27,464 nt of DNA, taken from assembly GCA_964589775.1 (NCBI GenBank), contig CAZPUN010000003.1, positions 1 through 27,464 on the forward strand, written 5' to 3'. Position numbers and translations under genes: made by a program. Source of the DNA: an uncultured archaeon (lineage in GTDB: Archaea > Asgardarchaeota > Thorarchaeia > Thorarchaeales > CAZPUN01). Under the pieces are notes generated by a model. It was not told the origin of the DNA. It did not search any database and was given only the letters and a program-made list of their open reading frames with translations. Positions 18,914-26,595 of the stretch are shown here, in pieces. Every line of letters starts with the position of its first letter. Within the stretch, counting starts at the first letter, position 1.

Positions 18914-19216
18914 ATGCCTTTGGAATCTCCATGGAAAATTGAATATACAACTAAAGTAGGAAACTCATTGATCATCCATGTTTCGGCGCCATTGTCAACA
19001 TTGGTTAACGCAGATGTAGATGAAATATTGAATACATGGAAAGAAACCACAAAAGAATTGGTTAACGAGCACGATGTAAATATTTCATTAGAGCTTACGG
19101 AACAAGATAATAAAGCAGAACTTATCATAACTGTAGATTATGATGGAAAAAGCAAAAACTCAGACAAAGTTTCATACGATAAAAATTTGAAGGATATGCC
19201 GCTTTTTGCACCCTAG
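18914..19216 (+). CDS. hypothetical acidic protein (100 aa)
   Basis: Intact ORF with an alpha/beta-like pattern, AGGATGG upstream and TATA-like TATATAA at about 18883. No recognised motif. Confidence 0.65.
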   Translation: MPLESPWKIEYTTKVGNSLIIHVSAPLSTLVNADVDEILNTWKETTKELVNEHDVNISLELTEQDNKAELIITVDYDGKSKNSDKVSYDKNLKDMPLFAP

Positions 19217-19222
19217 GGGAGT

Positions 19223-20269
19223 CTATAAAACTCCCTCTCTATTTTCTAATATTTTAATAATCTTATTTTGAACTTCCTTTAGTACTCTTAATGCGCCGAT
19301 CACTTCAATTTTTTCAATTTCAGTAATAGTAGCATGTTCGTAATTATTCAATATTGGTCCGACAATACGACCAAGATTTTGAATTAGATCAATAAGAATC
19401 GTCTTAGATTCGTCATTTAAAGGTGACGACTCAATTTTATTAATTAAAGAGAGCATGCTATTCAATAATGGCATTATTTGGGCGATAGCATTCTCGAATT
19501 CCGTTGATAAAGTGGTTGATACTGAACGTAATCTTTCAAGTTCATCTCTCAATAATGCATTTTTTGAAAGAAGTTGATTATTTTTATCCTGCTGAATTTT
19601 TAGTTCAATTTCTAATTGTTTCACTTTACTCTCCAATGTAGAAACTATTTTTTGATATTGAGCAATTTCAGAAGCTCGTTCATTAGTTTCTTGGATCAAC
19701 CTCTGAAGGTCCTTTTCCTTTAATTCCAGATTTTCCTTTAGTTCTCCAAGGCTTTCTTTAAAAGTCTTAATTAAGTCATCTCGTTCTGCAATATATTTTT
19801 TCAAAACTTCAATATCTTTTGAAAGCTCTTTCTTTTCTTCAACAAGGCGTACGTTAATATATGTTAATTCATTAATCTTATCTTCAAATCTCATTAGATC
19901 GACAGGTTTTTCACCAGTTGCTATTTTTAAAACTATAGTAATTCCGACTAAAATCAAAATTAGAAAAACAAGAAAGCCAAAATCCATCGAAATAAAATTA
20001 ATAATCCTTTGTAGAACCCATAAAGCATCTTTTCGCAAAGGAATTTCTGGAACATATGCCCATAATAAGAAAATTATATCAAGTACTAAGAATATAGAAC
20101 CAACACCTATGCTTCCAGTTTTTCTCTTACTCGCAGGAAGTGTTCGTGCATAGAGAAATGCAGCCATAGATACTACAAAAGCAGGAATTATCAAAATTAA
20201 GAAAGCAAGTAAAGTATCTTGATATACATCTATTACTTTTGTAACTGTTTGAATTAAGGTTTGAAGCAT
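19223..20269 (-). CDS. membrane-anchored (about 3 TM) long coiled-coil protein
   Basis: GGAGG SD before ATG 20269. Three hydrophobic segments in the first ~120 aa, then about 135 aa of E/K/L/Q heptads and a helical C-terminal domain. Confidence 0.85.
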   Translation of the reverse strand: MLQTLIQTVTKVIDVYQDTLLAFLILIIPAFVVSMAAFLYARTLPASKRKTGSIGVGSIFLVLDIIFLLWAYVPEIPLRKDALWVLQRIINFISMDFGFLVFLILILVGITIVLKIATGEKPVDLMRFEDKINELTYINVRLVEEKKELSKDIEVLKKYIAERDDLIKTFKESLGELKENLELKEKDLQRLIQETNERASEIAQYQKIVSTLESKVKQLEIELKIQQDKNNQLLSKNALLRDELERLRSVSTTLSTEFENAIAQIMPLLNSMLSLINKIESSPLNDESKTILIDLIQNLGRIVGPILNNYEHATITEIEKIEVIGALRVLKEVQNKIIKILENREGVL

Positions 20270-20401
20270 AGGTGTCGCCTCCAATCACATATAAGTAATG
20301 GCTATTGAAATATTAATATTTCTTCTAATTTTTTTCTAATACCATAGATTAGCCAAAGAACTTAAGTAGTTATTTATTATGAATACAATTCGTGCATAAA
20401 A

Positions 20402-20869
20402 ATGGAATATCCACCAGATACGGAACCAGAAAAATGTACATTGCGTATTGGAAATCATTGTATTCAAAAATGTCCTAGAGGATATTCCATATGCTGTTTT
20501 GAATGCTCTTTTTTTGCAACTTGTAAAAATCCCAGAAAATGCCTATTGCGATATAGGAAAACAATGAATAAAGGAAATTTTGCGCAAAAAGCCAAAAATA
20601 TGGGATTAAAAACAGCTCACGATGTAAAATATCTATGGAACATTTTCGTTAAAGAACTCATACAAGTCTCTATAAACACAAAAGGTCAAATTGTTAATGT
20701 TTTACGAGTTTTTAGAAGATTAAGTCGTGAAAATATTAGAATAGTTGGAATTTTAAGATCTCAATTCGTAAAAAGAGCTATAGAACGAGGTCTCTTAGGT
20801 CAAGAAATTGAACATATTAAAAATAAAAGATGGTTATTCAAGAAAATTGATATAAAAAGGGAAAACTAA
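20402..20869 (+). CDS. hypothetical protein with an N-terminal 8-Cys cluster and a basic C-terminal domain
   Basis: C-x7-C-x3-C-x6-CC-x2-C-x5-C-x5-C followed by an R/K-rich helical remainder. Confidence 0.7.
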   Translation: MEYPPDTEPEKCTLRIGNHCIQKCPRGYSICCFECSFFATCKNPRKCLLRYRKTMNKGNFAQKAKNMGLKTAHDVKYLWNIFVKELIQVSINTKGQIVNVLRVFRRLSRENIRIVGILRSQFVKRAIERGLLGQEIEHIKNKRWLFKKIDIKREN

Positions 20870-20870
20870 T

Positions 20871-22634
20871 TCATTCAGCATTAATTACACGACGAATTAC
20901 CTCATGACCACGTACTAAATCACTCTTCGTTATAATGCCTAATAGTTTTTTAGGATCTTCTATATCAACAACAGGTAAATGACCATGTTTACATTCATGC
21001 ATCTTTCGCAATGCATCATTAAGTCGGTCTTCAGGATTGACATAAACAAGTCTAGTAGACATAATCTCGCGAACCTTAGTATTCTCTGCTTTGCTTACCG
21101 GAACGCGAATAACATCTGCATAAGTGACCATTCCAACTAATTTATCGCCATCTAGGACAGGATAACCTAAATGTCCAGTCTCACCAATTAATCGTGATAC
21201 TTTATATACGGTATCATCAGGAGATACGGTAATCACATTTGTCGTCATGACCATTCGGACTCGTATTTTCTCCAACAAGTCAATTGTAAATTTACCACGA
21301 TGTACAGGTGAATCAGCTTTTGTGGGAACTTGATTTTCATATATACTTTCCTCACCTGAAAAGAGATATGACAATGTACAAGCTAACATTAGAGGGGGTA
21401 ATATGAAATAATCACCGGTCATTTCAGAGACCATAATAATTGATGCAATTGGTACTTTTGCAGCACCGGAAAAGAAAGCTGCCATACCTACAAGAACGAA
21501 AGCTCCTGGATTCATATCTATATTAGGAAATAGTTTGACCGCAATTTCACCAAAGGCACCACCTAGCATACCACCTATGAACAATGAAGGGGCAAATACA
21601 CCACCACTCCCACCTGAACTAATTGTCAATGATGTTGCTAGAATTTTGGCTCCAATTAATATAAGCATGAAAAGTATCATCAATTTACCTTCCATTGCCA
21701 TTTGTAGCCAACCATATCCAGGGCCCAATATTTCGGGCATAAATATTCCGATCGATCCTAATAATAAGCCGCCGATTGCAGGCTTAAATATATTTGATAT
21801 TTTAATTCGTGCAAATAAATCACGCAATCCATAAAAGAATTTTACATAAAATCGAGCCAAAGGAGCCGCTAACATGCCCAGAATTGCATAAAACACCAAA
21901 GACTCAATACTCAGAAATGCAAAATATGGAGTATCAAATATAGATTGGAATCCTGCAAAGGGTGCATATATGGAATATGCCACCATTGACGATATAAACG
22001 ATGGAACAAGAGCTTCGGCTTCAAAATCACGGTGATATAAAACCTCAATAGAAAATATTGCTCCACCGAGAGGTGCTTTAAATATACTTCCAATACCCCC
22101 TGCGGCACCACAGATTACCGCTATCCTACGATCACGTTCAGATAGATGTAAGAAAGATGTAACCCATGAACCAAAACCAGCTCCAATCTGCGCAATTGGA
22201 CCTTCACGTCCAGCACTTCCACCGCTTCCAATGATTGCAACAGATGATAGTGTCTTAATTATAGGAATTCTTTTTCGAATCTTACCGCGAAGATTATGAA
22301 ACGCATCGATCACTGCATCAGTACCATGACCCTCAGCTTCCGGTGCCCAGACATAAACTAAAACTCCAGATATTAATCCACCAATCGTAGTTACTATTGG
22401 CAAAAAAAGGAGCTGTGGATCAATACCCGGATTTGGAATTTCTAATTCACCACCGGGTGCAGGAGGATAATAATTCACTATGGTTCGTAAGAAGAAATCT
22501 GTAGAGACTCTTAGCATCAATGTGAAAAGAATAGAGCCAAGACCAGAAACAATTCCGATGCTTAATGCTAACAAAGACCATCTTTTGAAGGGACTTAAGC
22601 GTTGTAATAATGTAGACAGCGGCACTCTTATCAA
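20871..22634 (-). CDS. CLC family chloride channel/transporter with a CBS pair
   Basis: Motifs EAEGHGTD, GSAGREGP, FKAPLGG, GSGGVFAP and SIYENQ, plus two C-terminal CBS domains. Exact start is uncertain (TTG 22634 or GTG 22625). Confidence 0.95.
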   Translation of the reverse strand: MIRVPLSTLLQRLSPFKRWSLLALSIGIVSGLGSILFTLMLRVSTDFFLRTIVNYYPPAPGGELEIPNPGIDPQLLFLPIVTTIGGLISGVLVYVWAPEAEGHGTDAVIDAFHNLRGKIRKRIPIIKTLSSVAIIGSGGSAGREGPIAQIGAGFGSWVTSFLHLSERDRRIAVICGAAGGIGSIFKAPLGGAIFSIEVLYHRDFEAEALVPSFISSMVAYSIYAPFAGFQSIFDTPYFAFLSIESLVFYAILGMLAAPLARFYVKFFYGLRDLFARIKISNIFKPAIGGLLLGSIGIFMPEILGPGYGWLQMAMEGKLMILFMLILIGAKILATSLTISSGGSGGVFAPSLFIGGMLGGAFGEIAVKLFPNIDMNPGAFVLVGMAAFFSGAAKVPIASIIMVSEMTGDYFILPPLMLACTLSYLFSGEESIYENQVPTKADSPVHRGKFTIDLLEKIRVRMVMTTNVITVSPDDTVYKVSRLIGETGHLGYPVLDGDKLVGMVTYADVIRVPVSKAENTKVREIMSTRLVYVNPEDRLNDALRKMHECKHGHLPVVDIEDPKKLLGIITKSDLVRGHEVIRRVINAE

Positions 22635-22782
22635 CTTCGCAATTTTTGATTTATGTTTGAAAGTATTGGTATTGATAGATTACTGAGTTTAGTTTAAAAA
22701 CTTTATTTACTTCACAATGTGTCTTACTTTTTAGAGTTAAAATTATAAATCAATTTATTACTCGTTATATGAGGCGATTGAA

Positions 22783-23634
22783 ATGAAGATTGAAAAAGTT
22801 GCTATTTTGGGCGCGGGAACAATGGGTTCTGGCATTGCCCATGTTGTAGCACAATCTGGTTATCAGGTAATTATTAGAGATATCAGTCAAGAATTTTTAG
22901 ACAAAGGCTTAAAGACAATCAGAAAGAATCTAGAACGCGGTCTAAAGAAGGGGCGTATTACAGAAGAAGAAATAGATACAATAATGAAGCGAATCCAAAC
23001 AACCATCGATTTAGAAAATGCAGTCAAGGATGCAGATCTCGTTATTGAAGCTATACCTGAAAAACTTGAACTCAAACTTGGAACATTTAATGAACTAAAC
23101 AAATTTACAAAACCCGAAGCGATCTTAGCAAGCAATACATCATCAATAAGTATTACAAAGTTAGCATCCGAAACTTCAAAGCCCGATAAGGTATTAGGTC
23201 TCCATTTCTTCAATCCTGCACCTGTTATGAAACTTGTTGAAGTAATAAGGGGCGAAAAAACATCAGATGAAACTATGAATGTTGCAATTGATTTCGCGAA
23301 ATCACTTGGAAAAACTCCGGTTCGCGTAAAAGAATTTCCAGGCTTTATTGTAAACAAAGTCTTGATTACGGCAATTAATGAAGCAATTGATACATATGAA
23401 CGAGGAATTGCATCAGCCGAAGATATAGACACAGCAATGAAACTTGGTTGCAATTGGCCTATGGGACCATTAGAATTAGCAGATTACATTGGTTTAGATG
23501 TCGTATTAGATATTTCAAAAGTACTTAAAGAGAATATTAAAGACTTCAATTACAGAGTGCCTAAGATTTTAGAAGAACTTGTCAGCCAAGGAAAATTAGG
23601 AAGAAAAACCGGAGAAGGCTTTTACAAATATTAA
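22783..23634 (+). CDS. hbd: 3-hydroxybutyryl/3-hydroxyacyl-CoA dehydrogenase
   Basis: Motifs GAGTMGSGIA, EAIPE, SNTSS, HFFNP, PMGPLELAD and GRKTGEGFY. Confidence 0.95.
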   Translation: MKIEKVAILGAGTMGSGIAHVVAQSGYQVIIRDISQEFLDKGLKTIRKNLERGLKKGRITEEEIDTIMKRIQTTIDLENAVKDADLVIEAIPEKLELKLGTFNELNKFTKPEAILASNTSSISITKLASETSKPDKVLGLHFFNPAPVMKLVEVIRGEKTSDETMNVAIDFAKSLGKTPVRVKEFPGFIVNKVLITAINEAIDTYERGIASAEDIDTAMKLGCNWPMGPLELADYIGLDVVLDISKVLKENIKDFNYRVPKILEELVSQGKLGRKTGEGFYKY

Positions 23635-23635
23635 A

Positions 23636-23652
23636 GAGGACTATAAGTCCTC
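23636..23652. terminator. perfect inverted repeat between convergent stop codons
   Basis: GAGGACT-ATA-AGTCCTC fills 17 of the 18 bp between the hbd and ATPase stops. Confidence 0.55.
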
Positions 23653-26379
23653 CTATTTTTCATGTTTGAATATTTTATGTGGGGGAATAAAGATCACTGG
23701 AATTATCGTTAATAGGATGATTATCCAATGGTCTAATCCAATTGGAACTGTACTGAACAATACCTGTAATGGTGGCCAATAGATTATTAATAACGTAAGC
23801 ACTAAGGATACTGCCACTGCTAATAATAGATATTTACTACTATGAATATTACTACGCCACACTGGTTGTGTTTCTGAACGACAATTGAATACTAAGAATA
23901 ATTCAAATATGACGACATCTGCAAATACTGCAGTTCGTGCGCGCATTAAAGTTGTTGGATCAATAGGTGCGGAAATATTAAAGCCAATCTCGTATAAGAA
24001 AACAAAACTGCTTGAGAAATATGCTAGTACTGCAGCGATCAATATGAAGGTAATCATTTCACGGTCTACCATAGGTTTCTTAGGACTACGTGGGGGTCGC
24101 TTCATAACATCTTGCTCAGGAGGATCTACACCTAAAGCAAGTGCAGGAAAACCGTCCGTCGCTAAGTTTAGCCAGAGAATCTGTAGTGCAGTTATTGGTA
24201 GTGGGAGTCCTAACATTACCATCGTAAATATGAGGAAGATTTCATCAAAGTTTGCGGCCAATAGAAATCGAATAAACTTACGAATGTTTGAATATACCTC
24301 ACGACCTGTTTGGACGGCCGCCACAATTGTAGCAAAGTTATCATCTGTTAATACGACATCCGCAGATTCTTTTGTAACATCAGAGCCACGAATACCCATA
24401 GCAACACCGATATCTGCGGTTTTTATAGCTGGAGCATCATTGACACCATCGCCAGTCATTGCTACGGAATGACCCTTCGATTTGAATGCTTTTACAATGC
24501 GTAGCTTATGTTCAGGAGATACTCGAGCAAATACAGATACTTCATCAATAATATTATTGAATTCTTCATCGCTCATATTAGAGATATCTGCACCTGTAAT
24601 AACACGCGCATTGCTATCATTAATTAATCCAACTTCAGTTGCAATTGCCTTTGCAGTTAGTTGATGGTCTCCGGTTACCATAACTGGACGAATGCCAGCT
24701 TCTCGACAAACACGAATCGCATCCTTGACTTCCGGACGCGGTGGATCAATCATAGCCACTAAGCCAAGTAATATAAGGTCTTTTTCAACATTCTCAACCG
24801 TAAATTCTGTAACATCCAACGGGCGATATGCGATAGCAAGAACGCGAAATGCGTTTTCAGCAAGTTTCTGATTCGCAACTAAAAATTGTTTCTTAATATC
24901 ATCTGAAAATGGTTTGACCTCTCCATTTTGAACATAATGAGTACATAGATTCATTAAGATCTCAGGCGCTCCTTTGACATACGCATTATGTTGCCCTTTG
25001 TCAATATATATGATGCTCATCCGCTTTCGAGATGAATCAAATGAAAGTACAGATACTTCGGTTTCGTGCTTTTTGATTTCATTAACATCAATTCCTGCAT
25101 AAAGTGCAGAAATAAGCAATGCACCCTCTGTTGGGTCTCCAATAATTGAGTATTTCTCACTATTTTTGTCATATGTTAGAAATGAACTAGACGCTAATGC
25201 TGCGGCACGTAAGGTCTTATAGAGATCAACTTCTTTAGTAGGGTCGATTTCAGCACCATTCTTGAAAAATTTACCATTTGATGTATAGCTCTCACCTTCA
25301 CAATCGTATTCACCAGTTGAGGTAATGATTTTTCGGACTGTCATTTCATTTTTCGTAATTGTTCCGGTTTTATCAGAACAAATGACACTTGTAGACCCAA
25401 GACCTTCAACTGCAGGAAGACGCCGTACTATTGCATTACGTTTAACCATCTTTTGAACGCCAATTGCAAGCGTAATAGTCACAACCGCAGGAAGACCTTC
25501 TGGAACCGCAGAAACAGCTAATGCAACCGCAACTAAGAATTCATCTAGTAGATCTGCCGTGCCTTTGATAACCTCACCAACAAACACAAACATAATTAGA
25601 CCAATTATCAGGATTCCGAGTTTCTTTCCAAGATCATCAAGACCTCTTTGTAAAGGCGTTTCCTCCTTTTCTGCAGTTTCAACCATCTTAGCTATTTTTC
25701 CAAATTCTGTATGAAGCCCAGTAGTAGTAACAACAGCTATTGCGGTTCCTTGTGTTACCGTTGTACCAAAGAAAACCATGTTCTTTTGATCTCCGGGAAC
25801 TAAATTCTCGCCCGTTAAAGGTTCCTCAATCTTAGATACAGGCATAGCTTCTCCAGTTAGAACAGCCTCATCCACCGCAAGACTATAGGATTCGACTACT
25901 CGCCCATCCGCTGGAACTTTGTCGCCAGACTCAATAGAAATTATATCGCCCGGAACTAAATATTTTGAATCTATACGTGTCCATTGCTCATCACGATATA
26001 CTGTAGCCATTTGCGAAGCCATTTTCTTCAAAGATTCGAGAGCTTTTTCACTCTTATATTCCTGAATAAAGCCAAATATAGCATTAAATATAACAATTGC
26101 AAGAATTACATATGCATCAATATATTCCTCAAGTAAAAATGAGACACCTACTGCAACTAATAAAATTATAACCATTGCATCTTTAAACTGACCAATGAAA
26201 ATTTCAAGGGCTCCAGGACCACTTTCAGTCTTTAATTCATTTAATCCGTATTTTTCAAGACGCCTCTCGGCCTCAGCTTCAGTAAGACCCTTTCGAGATG
26301 TTTCTAAAAAGGATAATGTCTCATCAACACTCATATTATAGAACGGTTTACTTTGTTGGTCTTCTTGTTCAACACTCAA
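23653..26379 (-). CDS. type IIA (SERCA-like) Ca2+-transporting P-type ATPase
   Basis: Motifs LTGEA, VPEGL, DKTGT, KGAPE, TGD and GDGVND. TM ligands in AANFDE, WLNLATDG and IFEL. TTG start behind GAGGT. Confidence 0.95.
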   Translation of the reverse strand: MSVEQEDQQSKPFYNMSVDETLSFLETSRKGLTEAEAERRLEKYGLNELKTESGPGALEIFIGQFKDAMVIILLVAVGVSFLLEEYIDAYVILAIVIFNAIFGFIQEYKSEKALESLKKMASQMATVYRDEQWTRIDSKYLVPGDIISIESGDKVPADGRVVESYSLAVDEAVLTGEAMPVSKIEEPLTGENLVPGDQKNMVFFGTTVTQGTAIAVVTTTGLHTEFGKIAKMVETAEKEETPLQRGLDDLGKKLGILIIGLIMFVFVGEVIKGTADLLDEFLVAVALAVSAVPEGLPAVVTITLAIGVQKMVKRNAIVRRLPAVEGLGSTSVICSDKTGTITKNEMTVRKIITSTGEYDCEGESYTSNGKFFKNGAEIDPTKEVDLYKTLRAAALASSSFLTYDKNSEKYSIIGDPTEGALLISALYAGIDVNEIKKHETEVSVLSFDSSRKRMSIIYIDKGQHNAYVKGAPEILMNLCTHYVQNGEVKPFSDDIKKQFLVANQKLAENAFRVLAIAYRPLDVTEFTVENVEKDLILLGLVAMIDPPRPEVKDAIRVCREAGIRPVMVTGDHQLTAKAIATEVGLINDSNARVITGADISNMSDEEFNNIIDEVSVFARVSPEHKLRIVKAFKSKGHSVAMTGDGVNDAPAIKTADIGVAMGIRGSDVTKESADVVLTDDNFATIVAAVQTGREVYSNIRKFIRFLLAANFDEIFLIFTMVMLGLPLPITALQILWLNLATDGFPALALGVDPPEQDVMKRPPRSPKKPMVDREMITFILIAAVLAYFSSSFVFLYEIGFNISAPIDPTTLMRARTAVFADVVIFELFLVFNCRSETQPVWRSNIHSSKYLLLAVAVSLVLTLLIIYWPPLQVLFSTVPIGLDHWIIILLTIIPVIFIPPHKIFKHEK

Positions 26380-26595
26380 TTAGATAACCTCATGAACTTT
26401 TTTGAACCAACCACATGAGAAAAGTTCAACGTTTGCTTTTAAGTATTATAATCAAATAATTCTTTTAATCTTTATTCTATGTAGTATTTTGAAAATATAT
26501 ATGCCTGTTTTTTAATACTTCATTTAATAAAATTGTATAAGATTAAATATGAAAAATTATTAACTATTACAAAAGGATTCAGGAACCATGAAACC

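Noticed and set aside
19520-19700. bZIP (ATF6-like) reading of the coiled-coil protein as an S1P substrate
   Set aside because: A zipper-like heptad run is present, but there is no basic N-x7-R/K DNA-binding region and the topology differs from ATF6.
22635-22782. Fluoride riboswitch or CLC-F assignment
   Set aside because: No GGNGAUG..CC pseudoknot motif upstream, and the protein lacks the CLC-F GNNLI/GREGT signatures.
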